From: Candidatus Woesearchaeota archaeon
GTDB lineage: Archaea > Nanobdellota > Nanobdellia > SCGC-AAA011-G17 > CAYFGV01
Assembly (NCBI GenBank): GCA_964452525.1
Contig: CAYVLZ010000003.1
Coordinates: forward strand, 54,736 to 118,735
Length of the DNA: 64,000 nt
Reading direction: 5' to 3'
Shown here piece by piece: positions 19,759 through 28,642 of the stretch. The notes below the pieces were generated by a model, which saw only the letters and a list, made by a program, of their open reading frames with translations, was not told the origin of the DNA and made no database searches. The translations under genes were made by a program, and so were the position numbers. How positions within the stretch are numbered: the stretch's first letter is position 1; the number at the start of each line of letters is the position of its first letter.

Positions 19759-21036
19759 TTATGCGGCCTTCTTTATTTTTTTCAAATCTTTTTCCAAGTT
19801 TTTTCCTTCTTTTACCACATCTTTGGCCATTCTATTGCTCTGCAAAACAGCCCTCATCGTTTTAGCATAATTAGCTCCTATTAGATGCTTTATAATTTCT
19901 TTATCAATCTCCTTGAGCACACCCTTCTTCCTTTTCATAACCTTTATCCTCTTCCTTATATCTTCCAAATATTCATTTAGCTCTTTGACAGCCGAATATC
20001 TCCGTGCAGGATGAACATCTCTTCTCCCAATATATTTTACAAGATCATTAATTCTGTTTGAATCTTCTTTGGATACTTGCAATCTACGAACTTTGGGTAG
20101 AATACCCACAATCTTTTTCACATTTACTTTTTTATTTCTTAATTCTTCTTGTTTATTTCCAGCTAACATTATTGCTCTACTTAAAACTCTGTTAATCCAA
20201 TTTATATTGTTTAAAAGGTAGTTTACTTGTTCCTTCATCTCATCTATATCTTTTCCTATCTCTTCATCAATTACTGCAGTAGATTCAGAAGAATCTTCCC
20301 TACGATCTTCTTCCTGCATTCCTTGTCCTGGTTGAGGTCTGTCCTGTGTCACTGGTTCTGTCTCACCACGTTGACCCATCGGCCCTCTAGGCCCAAGACC
20401 TCCTTGTGGTCCCCGAGATCCGGGCGGTCCTCCTTGAATAACAACCCTATCACCCCCATCCCTGTTCCTATTACCTCTTCTCATTAGACTAATCAATCCC
20501 CAAATAATTAAGGCAGCCACACCTATAACTAAAATAACACCCAGTACGTCTTTTATAGTTCCAGAAAGATTTAATCCAGATAAATCTCTTAAACCATATA
20601 ACAAAATTAAGAAAGGTACTGCAGAAATGATTCCAGAGATTATTTTGCCCCACCCGGTGTAGTGGGTTATGAAAGAAAACAAAGCAACCCAGCCCATCAG
20701 CATTCCAACAAAAAATATTCCGGTTCCTCCTGCGATTAGAAGAGGTCCACCAAAATATCTCACTTCATACAGAACCAATCCAAGAGACATGAATATTGCG
20801 ATCCCATTATATAATGCAACAGTTGCTCTTTCTTCACCAAATTTCTTCTCAAAAACTAATCTAGCTAAAGCACCAAATATCAAAAAATAAATAGCAAAAT
20901 CAAACCACTCAAAATAACTCTCATACATATAAGTTAGGCTATAAAAATCAAAACCCCAAAATTGAGCACTAGCAATAGGAATTAATAATAAGGATAATAG
21001 ACTAAATAGTAAACCAAACCTCTTTTTCTCTATCAT
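19759..21036 (-). CDS. polytopic membrane protein with a collagen-like (G-X-Y)8 repeat and a basic coiled-coil C-terminal domain
   Basis: N-terminal signal/TM helices; GPPGSRGPQGGLGPRGPMGQRGE encoded by a locally GC-rich patch; long K/R/E-rich helical tail. Confidence 0.55.
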   Translation of the reverse strand: MIEKKRFGLLFSLLSLLLIPIASAQFWGFDFYSLTYMYESYFEWFDFAIYFLIFGALARLVFEKKFGEERATVALYNGIAIFMSLGLVLYEVRYFGGPLLIAGGTGIFFVGMLMGWVALFSFITHYTGWGKIISGIISAVPFLILLYGLRDLSGLNLSGTIKDVLGVILVIGVAALIIWGLISLMRRGNRNRDGGDRVVIQGGPPGSRGPQGGLGPRGPMGQRGETEPVTQDRPQPGQGMQEEDRREDSSESTAVIDEEIGKDIDEMKEQVNYLLNNINWINRVLSRAIMLAGNKQEELRNKKVNVKKIVGILPKVRRLQVSKEDSNRINDLVKYIGRRDVHPARRYSAVKELNEYLEDIRKRIKVMKRKKGVLKEIDKEIIKHLIGANYAKTMRAVLQSNRMAKDVVKEGKNLEKDLKKIKKAA

Positions 21037-21068
21037 ACTATTAAAAATAGCCTTTTAGAAATATTTAA

Positions 21069-21905
21069 ATGTTTCTAACCAAAAAATTATTCATAATGAA
21101 ACAAAACCTTAAAACGAAATTAAAAAATAAACTTACTAAAGAGCAATTAAATCTGCTTCCAAGATCTTTTGATGTGGTCGGAGACATAGTTATATTCTCA
21201 GATTTTCCAAAAGAATTAAAGAATAAAGAAAAGTTAATCTCAGAATATCTAATAGAGATACACAAAAATATAAATGTCGTAGCTAAAAAGACAAAGAAAT
21301 ATTCAGGAAGATACAGAACACCAAAATTAAAAATTCTTGCAGGAGACAAAAGAAAAACAACAACACATAAAGAAAACAAAACCAAGGCTAAATTGAATGT
21401 AGAAACTTGTTACTTCTCTCCGAGATTATCAAATGAAAGATTAAGAATAGCTAAACTAGTTAAAAAAAATGAATCTGTTCTTGTTATGTTCTCTGGAGTC
21501 GCAATTTACCCTTTAGTTATTGCTAAAAATTCAAAAGCAAAAGAAATTTATGCCATTGAAATAAATCCAGTAGCTCATAAATACGCCCTAGAAAATGTAA
21601 AAATAAATAAAATAGACAACATTAAATTATTCAAAGGAAATGTTAAATCGGTTCTACCAAAGATTAACAAGAAGTTTGACAGGATTGTAATGCCACATCC
21701 AACAAATGCCGAAGCCTATCTAGATCTAGCTACCAAGAAACTAAAAACAAGGGGAACAATACATCTCTACTATTTTTCTAAGTGCGAGACTAAATACAAA
21801 CATTTTAAGAATTTAAAAATAATGAAAGCCGTTAAATGTGGCCAATATTCTCCGAGAAAATATAGGATTTGTTTAGATCTAAAATTAAGTGATAGAAGCC
21901 CTTAA
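21069..21905 (+). CDS. Trm5/TYW2-family class I methyltransferase (tRNA m1G37 / wyosine pathway)
   Basis: Met-10-like core VLVMFSGVAIYPL...EINPVAHKYALENVKIN...IVMPHP. Confidence 0.6.
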   Translation: MFLTKKLFIMKQNLKTKLKNKLTKEQLNLLPRSFDVVGDIVIFSDFPKELKNKEKLISEYLIEIHKNINVVAKKTKKYSGRYRTPKLKILAGDKRKTTTHKENKTKAKLNVETCYFSPRLSNERLRIAKLVKKNESVLVMFSGVAIYPLVIAKNSKAKEIYAIEINPVAHKYALENVKINKIDNIKLFKGNVKSVLPKINKKFDRIVMPHPTNAEAYLDLATKKLKTRGTIHLYYFSKCETKYKHFKNLKIMKAVKCGQYSPRKYRICLDLKLSDRSP

Positions 21906-22043
21906 AACTAAGAATTCTAGTATTTGAAACCTCTGAATTCTGGAAAAAGAAGCCATATATGACCACTTTAGAGTAGTATAAAATAGAAAGATTTATAAAT
22001 AAGTATTACTACTACTATTATTACTATGAATAAGAGGTAAAAA

Positions 22044-22151
22044 ATGAAATGTTTTAAGTGTAATTATAAATGGTCAAATAGGACTAAAGATCCAAAGTCT
22101 TGTCCTAGATGTAAAACTAGATTAGATTATGGGAGGATTAAGAATGGTTAA
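22044..22151 (+). CDS. 35-aa zinc-ribbon mini-protein (CxxC-x14-CxxC)
   Basis: GAGGT SD upstream; MKCFKCNYKWSNRTKDPKSCPRCKTRLDYGRIKNG; below the ORF-track length cutoff. Confidence 0.4.
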   Translation: MKCFKCNYKWSNRTKDPKSCPRCKTRLDYGRIKNG

Positions 22152-22578
22152 CTGGAAAGAATTAGGAAAAGATGTCTTAAAAACAGGAGGCACCGCGGTA
22201 GGAGCTTATGTCATTGGAGAAATGTTTAAAGATGCAACACCAACTTACATTGCTGAAGCAGTTGATGTTGCTAAAGACCTTGCAGTTGGACTTACTTTAA
22301 GAAAGGGAATTCAAGATATAAATCACGATCATCTAAACGGATCAGATATAATGGATAAAGTAGTTGACGCAGGTACTTTTGGTATGTTGGGAACAGAGAT
22401 GTTAGATAATATGGCTGATTCACAAGGTTTAAGAGATTTGACTAACTACTTCGGGATTTATACTAATGACACTCTAGACGCTCTTAAAGGAATCTTAGAT
22501 GAATATGGAAATAAAATTAGGGGTGCATCCAGTCTTGCATATTTACTTAAAGATAGGATAGCCGATGCATTTAATTAA
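22144..22578 (+). CDS. hypothetical protein, compositionally distinct (G/A/D/L-rich, higher GC than neighbours)
   Basis: GGAGG SD 8 nt upstream of ATG (MVNWKELGKD); the longer track ORF starts at 22129. Confidence 0.45.
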   Translation: MVNWKELGKDVLKTGGTAVGAYVIGEMFKDATPTYIAEAVDVAKDLAVGLTLRKGIQDINHDHLNGSDIMDKVVDAGTFGMLGTEMLDNMADSQGLRDLTNYFGIYTNDTLDALKGILDEYGNKIRGASSLAYLLKDRIADAFN

Positions 22579-23936
22579 AGTCCTAAATCTAACAATTCTT
22601 TTCTTTTTATTTTTACCGCAGTAGGAGCTTCTCCTCCATGCCATGTAAATCTAGGTCTTACCCTCATGGGGTATATTCTTTCACTGTTATCGTCTAGAAT
22701 AATAGCAGATCCTTTTAATCTTGGCAAATCATTTAAATATCTTTGAATATCTGCTGTCAAATAAGTTTGCATTATACTGTTCAATGCATCAATATCTTTT
22801 CTAGCAGTAACCCTATGACTTAAAACAATATCACTCTGTGTAATAACATCTTTATGAATTTCACCAGGTTGTTGCGTTGCTAATACCATAGAGATTCCTG
22901 GTTGCCTTCCTTCTCTAAGTAATTGAACTAAAGCATCAGTAGCAGCTGTTTTTCCTTCCTTGGGCAACATCTCGTGAGCTTCATCTATTAACATCCAAAC
23001 CAAAGGCATTTTTTCTTTCTTAACAAATTCTTTCTCATAACCAAAGTGACTTTTCCCAAGCTCAACAGCTTTTAATTCTTCTATTTTTCTTACAATCATT
23101 CTTTCCATAAGTAATTTTCTTGCAATCAACCCAATAACCAAGTTTTTAATTCCCCAAGCACCAGCAACCCTTGTATAAACACTAACATCCAAAACACTAA
23201 CTCTTCCTTCTTTTATTATATCTTTAATTTTAGTCCCTTCTTTACTAAATACCCCCCATGCCTTAGCGGCAATGAACCTGTTTTCAACAGCATCCTTTAT
23301 TCTTTTCTCCTCTCTTTTATCTTTTTTAATTAATTCTAAGACATCATCCAAACCATACTCCTCCCTAGATTCTCTTAACTCTGTTATGATTCTCTCAATG
23401 AAAACACCCATAGGACTATTTAGTTCAACACCAAAAGTATGACACCAATCATCAGCATTTAATTCAGAGGTTTTAAGTGAAAATTTAAAATCTACCGGAA
23501 CACCTTCTTTTTTTTGTTTTTGAAAATAACCAGAAGGACAATAAATGTCAATTGTTCCAAGTTGCTGAGGTTTTAATCTCCATCCTTCTAACAATTCTTC
23601 ATCTCTGGTATTGGCATATTTCATCGTCCAAAATATTCCCATCGTATCCAAGATTAAAACAGAAAGATTCTGAGAAATTTCTTCAGGTAATTTAGACATC
23701 TCTTCAGCTATTACGCCTAAAGAATAAGATTTACCAGACCCTCTTTTACCTGAAACAAGTACAACATGAGCCTTTGCAACATCTAAGTAAACATTATTGC
23801 TAAGAGACGTAGTTTGACCCATTTTAACATAGTGTCTACCCAAAAACACAGTACCTTTATCACCTAATTTTTTCCTGTCAGCCTCGTCTCTGCCGACAAT
23901 TATCTTATAAGGCATAGTAAAAATAACCTGTAACAA
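22575..23936 (-). CDS. HerA/FtsK-like P-loop ATPase (DUF87 family)
   Basis: Walker A SGKRGSGKSY, Walker B VWMLIDEAHEML, N-terminal barrel-like segment as in HerA; about 450 aa. Confidence 0.55.
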   Translation of the reverse strand: MLQVIFTMPYKIIVGRDEADRKKLGDKGTVFLGRHYVKMGQTTSLSNNVYLDVAKAHVVLVSGKRGSGKSYSLGVIAEEMSKLPEEISQNLSVLILDTMGIFWTMKYANTRDEELLEGWRLKPQQLGTIDIYCPSGYFQKQKKEGVPVDFKFSLKTSELNADDWCHTFGVELNSPMGVFIERIITELRESREEYGLDDVLELIKKDKREEKRIKDAVENRFIAAKAWGVFSKEGTKIKDIIKEGRVSVLDVSVYTRVAGAWGIKNLVIGLIARKLLMERMIVRKIEELKAVELGKSHFGYEKEFVKKEKMPLVWMLIDEAHEMLPKEGKTAATDALVQLLREGRQPGISMVLATQQPGEIHKDVITQSDIVLSHRVTARKDIDALNSIMQTYLTADIQRYLNDLPRLKGSAIILDDNSERIYPMRVRPRFTWHGGEAPTAVKIKRKELLDLGL

Positions 23937-24002
23937 TATATTAACCTTTCTTTTATCATACTAACGTAAGCTTTATATAACTCCTAAGATTTTTAATGGA
24001 AA

Positions 24003-24848
24003 ATGCTAAACCAATTTAAAACTTTCATATTACTAGCTGTTTTAACAGCAATATTATTAGCAATAGGACAATTAGTGGGAGGCTTATCCGGCCTATATGT
24101 AGCAATTGTAATAGCCCTATTGATAAATGTATTAAGCTACTGGTACTCCGATAAACTAGTTCTTAAGATGTACAGGGCCCAACCAGCTTCTGAAACAGAA
24201 TATAAAGAATTACACGACATCGTAAGAGACGTTTCATCTAGAGCAGGAATTCCTAAACCAAAAGTATACGTAGTTCCAGCAAACCATGCTAATGCTTTTG
24301 CAACAGGAAGAAACCCTAAAAATTCTGCAATTGCTGTTACACAAGGAATTTTAGATCTATTGAGCGAAGAAGAACTAAAAGGTGTCTTAGCCCATGAAAT
24401 TGCTCACATCAAGAATAGAGACATCCTAATCTCGACTATAGCAGCGGTCATAGCAGGAGCGATCTCTTACATAGCTTTCTTTGCAAGATTCGGTGCTATC
24501 TTCGGTGGAATGGGGAGAGATAGAGAAAGTGGAAACATACTTGCTTTATTAGCCCTAGCCATAGTAGCACCAATAATAGCTTTGATAGTGAGATTAGCAA
24601 TATCTAGAAGTAGAGAATATTTAGCTGATTCAACTGGTGCTAGAATTATCCACAATCCCCTCCCCTTAGCTGACGCTTTAGCAAAATTAAATACATCTTC
24701 AAAAATGAATCCCTTAAAAAAAGGTAATGAAGCGACAGCACATATGTTTATAGTAAATCCCTTCTCAGGGAAGTCCATACTTCAACTATTTTCTACACAC
24801 CCCAACGTTCAATCAAGAATAGGAAAATTAAGAAGCATGAAATTTTAA
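24003..24848 (+). CDS. htpX: HtpX-like M48 zinc metalloprotease
   Basis: N-terminal TM helices, HEIAHIKNRD (HExxH), downstream E in ...EYLAD. Confidence 0.8.
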   Translation: MLNQFKTFILLAVLTAILLAIGQLVGGLSGLYVAIVIALLINVLSYWYSDKLVLKMYRAQPASETEYKELHDIVRDVSSRAGIPKPKVYVVPANHANAFATGRNPKNSAIAVTQGILDLLSEEELKGVLAHEIAHIKNRDILISTIAAVIAGAISYIAFFARFGAIFGGMGRDRESGNILALLALAIVAPIIALIVRLAISRSREYLADSTGARIIHNPLPLADALAKLNTSSKMNPLKKGNEATAHMFIVNPFSGKSILQLFSTHPNVQSRIGKLRSMKF

Positions 24849-24849
24849 C

Positions 24850-25158
24850 TTATTCAGCTTTTTCTTCACCTTTCCCGATCACCTCAATTTTACCAAACTT
24901 TCCCGCTGTTAATTGCATTTCTCCCTGAAATTCATTAACATAACCATTACTAATTTTAACTTTATCGCCTTTTTTGATTTTATCAACATCATCATTCCAC
25001 AAAGTTAATTTTACTTCTCCGCTGTCATCTTTAACAGTAGCATTTGCTACCCTGCCTTTATTCCCGAATTTCTCAAACTCTCTAATCTCTCCAATATCTA
25101 CGATTTCCACTTCTAGTTCTACATTGCCTTGTCTTGGTTTTAAGTCCGCAATTTTCAT
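24850..25158 (-). CDS. single OB-fold ssDNA-binding protein (RPA/SSB-like)
   Basis: About 100 aa OB-fold pattern (VELEVEIVDIGEIREF...VKDDSGEVKLTLWND...KVKISNGYV); immediately downstream of rfcL. Confidence 0.45.
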   Translation of the reverse strand: MKIADLKPRQGNVELEVEIVDIGEIREFEKFGNKGRVANATVKDDSGEVKLTLWNDDVDKIKKGDKVKISNGYVNEFQGEMQLTAGKFGKIEVIGKGEEKAE

Positions 25159-25205
25159 TTTTCAAGAGAACAAAATTAATTATATATAAAGATTCTTATT
25201 CTACA

Positions 25206-26396
25206 CTAATTACTATTTTTTAACCATTCAACTTCTTCGTAGTCCAAATCCAAGTCTCTTGCTACATCATCTTTAATCAAAACATGTTTAATATAGGGTA
25301 GAAAATCTTTGATTACCCTTTCTTTACTAGAATGCGTTTTAACTGCTATCTTTTCAGCAATGACCTTTCTCTTCTGGTATTTCATCTTAGCTTTCCATAG
25401 TTTTAGAATCCTGGAGGTTCTTTTATAAGATACAAAACCTTTTTTCTCATGCTCTTTGGACAATGATACTCCCGCTGTCATTAAAGCATTTTGATAAACA
25501 AGGAATCTCCAATGCTGCCTCCTTAAGATCCTGCCTCTGAAAACATCAGCTCTAGACAAACATTCATAGGCTTTCTTCAATTCTTCTCCTTTATATTCTA
25601 GTGGCAAGTTTTCATCAATCCATAAAAAACTCTCATCAAGATTCATATCAACTTTATCCAAGACTTTTAAAACTTCTTTGTCTCTATCCTGGAGTATATT
25701 TTTAAGAACTTTAAATACTGTACTCTTCTTGTTCCTATCACCAAGGGTTAATAGATCTTTCATTCTCAATTCTTTTTTTCCCAAAGAAATAGTCTGTAAA
25801 TCATTAATGGCACTTCTCATATCACCTTTAGAATTATCTATTACTCCCTTTAACACCAGATCATCACATTTTATTTTTTCATTTTTACAAATCTTCTTTA
25901 AAATTTTAAATATAAACTCTTTTTCAAATTCCTTAAACTCAATCATTAAAGATTTATTTCTTAATCCAGATAATTTACTCTGCCAGGGGTCATTAGCAGT
26001 TAAAACAACCGGCCAATAGCTATCAACAATTAATTTAATTAGAGCTTGAACCCCTCCTCGGTCTTTGGTTCCACTTAATCCATCGATTTCATCTACCAAA
26101 ATCACCTTTCCTTTACTAAACAAACTTTTCTGCTTTAAAGATTTTCCAACAATTTGATTTATAGAATCTTTATTTCTAATATCGCTGGCATTTATTTCTA
26201 GAATTTCATAATCCAAATTTGAAGCAACAACATACAAAGCAGAAGTTTTACCACTCCCTGCCGGACCATGAATTAAAACACATTTTTTTCCCTGATGATT
26301 GTAATTAAAAATAAAATCCTTTAATCTTTCTAAAGCAATATTATATCCAAAATCACTTAAACTTCTTGGTCTATACTTATCAAACCAAATCTTCAT
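25206..26396 (-). CDS. rfcL: replication factor C large subunit
   Basis: KYRPRSL, Walker A GPAGSGKTS, Walker B ILVDEIDG; start probably MKIWFDKYRP rather than the upstream ATG at 26414. Confidence 0.8.
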   Translation of the reverse strand: MKIWFDKYRPRSLSDFGYNIALERLKDFIFNYNHQGKKCVLIHGPAGSGKTSALYVVASNLDYEILEINASDIRNKDSINQIVGKSLKQKSLFSKGKVILVDEIDGLSGTKDRGGVQALIKLIVDSYWPVVLTANDPWQSKLSGLRNKSLMIEFKEFEKEFIFKILKKICKNEKIKCDDLVLKGVIDNSKGDMRSAINDLQTISLGKKELRMKDLLTLGDRNKKSTVFKVLKNILQDRDKEVLKVLDKVDMNLDESFLWIDENLPLEYKGEELKKAYECLSRADVFRGRILRRQHWRFLVYQNALMTAGVSLSKEHEKKGFVSYKRTSRILKLWKAKMKYQKRKVIAEKIAVKTHSSKERVIKDFLPYIKHVLIKDDVARDLDLDYEEVEWLKNSN

Positions 26397-26397
26397 T

Positions 26398-27348
26398 TTA
26401 TCTTGTTCCAACAAAATTAGATAAAAAAGCCTCTAACTGTAAAAATTCATCACTGCCTTCCACCATTCTGAATTCTACTTCTCCACATTTATCTATTAAA
26501 TTTACTTTATTTTCTTCTTTGATGTCTAGATTCCAAATCTCTTTTTGGATTTGTTTAATAACATCTAATCCACTTAATCCATGTTTTAGCATAACATCCA
26601 AAAGCAAATCTCTAGCTTTTATAAAATCACCTTTAATTGCAGTATCCAAAACATTAATTATCTCCTTAGGTTTTGCTTCACTAATTATATCATAAATTAG
26701 TTCTTCTGTAATGTTATTCGAAATTGAAGCGCATCCTTGTAACATATTTTCAACCCTTCTAGCATCTCCGTTAGAAACATCATAAAGAGCATCAAATGCT
26801 TTTTTGCCAACTTTCAATTTTTCTTTTTTTGCTATAACATCGACTAATTCCTGAACATCCTTCTTTTCCAGTAACTTAAATCTAAATACTGTACATCTGC
26901 TCTGAAGAGGGTCTATTAACTTGCTACTATAATTACACCCGAGAATAAATCTACATGTCCCAGAGTAATTCTCCATAGTTCTCCTCAGAGCTTGTTGCGC
27001 TTCCCTTGTCAAACTATCACACTCGTCTAAATATATTATCTTAAAAGGAGCATTCTTTACGGACTTAGTTCTAGCAAAATCCTTAACTTTATTTCTAATA
27101 ACATCAATCCCCCTTTCGTCACTAGCATTCAATTCAAGAAAATTTTCTTTCCATTCGTCTTTAAATAAAGATTTAGCAATTACCAATGCCAGAGTAGTTT
27201 TACCAACCCCAGCAGGACCCGCAAATAATAAGTGAGGCATGTTCTTTTTCTCAACAAAAGCAGAAGTTCTTTCAACTATCTTATCCTGTCCTTTAATATC
27301 TTTAAAGTTCTGAGGACGATATTTCTCGGTCCAGATGTAGTTGCTCAT
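26398..27348 (-). CDS. rfcS: replication factor C small subunit
   Basis: EKYRPQNF, GPAGVGKTT, DECD (DEAD-like), SRC motif (QSRCTVFRF). Confidence 0.85.
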   Translation of the reverse strand: MSNYIWTEKYRPQNFKDIKGQDKIVERTSAFVEKKNMPHLLFAGPAGVGKTTLALVIAKSLFKDEWKENFLELNASDERGIDVIRNKVKDFARTKSVKNAPFKIIYLDECDSLTREAQQALRRTMENYSGTCRFILGCNYSSKLIDPLQSRCTVFRFKLLEKKDVQELVDVIAKKEKLKVGKKAFDALYDVSNGDARRVENMLQGCASISNNITEELIYDIISEAKPKEIINVLDTAIKGDFIKARDLLLDVMLKHGLSGLDVIKQIQKEIWNLDIKEENKVNLIDKCGEVEFRMVEGSDEFLQLEAFLSNFVGTR

Positions 27349-27394
27349 AATGGAAGAAATAGCTCTAAATTTATATATATTTGTATTCTAACAA

Positions 27395-27664
27395 CTATAA
27401 ACCGAATGCATCCATCATCTCCTTAACTTTTCTGGATTCTGAAATCATATTCAATCCTTTTTCAGTGATCTGATAATAAACTCTATCACCTTCATTAACC
27501 ATAGATATTAACTTTTTCTCTTCCAATTCTCTAATATACTTCTTCAATCTTTTATGAGAAAGATTTCCCCCATAAAGGATGTGCGTAGGTTTAACCTTGC
27601 CTTTATTTTGCAATAAGATTAAAATATCCTGTATTATTTGAAACTTGTCTCTTCTTTTTGGCAT
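27395..27664 (-). CDS. winged-helix DNA-binding protein
   Basis: 89-aa basic protein with HTH-like ILILLQNKGKVKPTHILYG...KKLI. Confidence 0.4.
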   Translation of the reverse strand: MPKRRDKFQIIQDILILLQNKGKVKPTHILYGGNLSHKRLKKYIRELEEKKLISMVNEGDRVYYQITEKGLNMISESRKVKEMMDAFGL

Positions 27665-28319
27665 AATTAACCCTCATGAACAATAAGAATAGGTTAAGAT
27701 AACCTACTATCTGGAGAAGATGCCCTACTATATAGAACTTTTCATTATATATCCCGAATACGTTAGTCAGGTGGGCAAGGGTTATTAAACCAAATATTAA
27801 AAATACCAATAAAGAATTCGTAGTCTTCTTTTTAAACCAATTCTGGCTGGTATAGTATAAAATAAATACCAGTAATAAAATACTAATTAGGTTAAAAGCT
27901 ACTAGTGATCTTCCTATGAAAGAATAAACAGCCAAAGCCAGAACCAAAGTAGCAATTAAAGCAGATATGCTTTTTCTTCTAACCTCGGAATAGATGAATA
28001 TAAATAAAGTATAAGCCCAGAATATAGACAAGATATAAAAAAAATTAAGCATATGAGCAATAGGTAAAAGATATGCGACATCCACGTGGCTGTAGTATGT
28101 ATAATACACAAATAAAGATGCTGTAACAAAGGCAAATATCAAAGAACTAAATCCTAGGAGTAGAAAAGCTCCAAAAAAATATAGAAATTTCTTATTTGAT
28201 GTAAGCCTATAAGCCTTCTTTCCTATAGCAGCTACAATGAAAGCAACAAAAGCTACAAAGAACTGTATTAGAGCATCTAGGCCATAAATTACAGCAGGAC
28301 CCCTTAATCCGATATGCAT
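27603..28319 (-). CDS. polytopic membrane protein
   Basis: Six to seven hydrophobic helices; no recognisable family. Confidence 0.5.
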   Translation of the reverse strand: MHIGLRGPAVIYGLDALIQFFVAFVAFIVAAIGKKAYRLTSNKKFLYFFGAFLLLGFSSLIFAFVTASLFVYYTYYSHVDVAYLLPIAHMLNFFYILSIFWAYTLFIFIYSEVRRKSISALIATLVLALAVYSFIGRSLVAFNLISILLLVFILYYTSQNWFKKKTTNSLLVFLIFGLITLAHLTNVFGIYNEKFYIVGHLLQIVGYLNLFLLFMRVNYAKKKRQVSNNTGYFNLIAK

Positions 28320-28424
28320 CTTCCCATAGAGCCCCGTTTATCATTTATAAAGCTTATGAACCTCTAATCTAGACTGATATTTCATAATGTATTTATAAAT
28401 AAGCACCCATGTAAAATTAAGAAA

Positions 28425-28535
28425 TTATGGAGGTGATACCCAAAGACTATAGGCGTTCCTGCAAGGAATGAACATCCCTGCTACCCCGGTCCTAAGATGG
28501 CCGGGGATAATGAGCTTAAATCTTTTCATCATCTT
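28425..28535 (+). ncRNA. candidate structured small RNA / leader element upstream of ileS (family unknown)
   Basis: Local GC-rich island in AT-rich DNA; TATA-like TTTATAAATA about 30 nt upstream; hairpins TTCCT-GCA-AGGAA and CCCCGG-(11 nt)-CCGGGG; T-rich run follows. Confidence 0.25.
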
Positions 28536-28642
28536 TTTCTATTGCCTGGAAAGGTTATAGTCTCCGAATGAGTATAAAAACCTTTCCGGGATTTTTCCTT
28601 CTAACAACAAGATTTTTAAATCATTACATTCAATCAGCTTCT

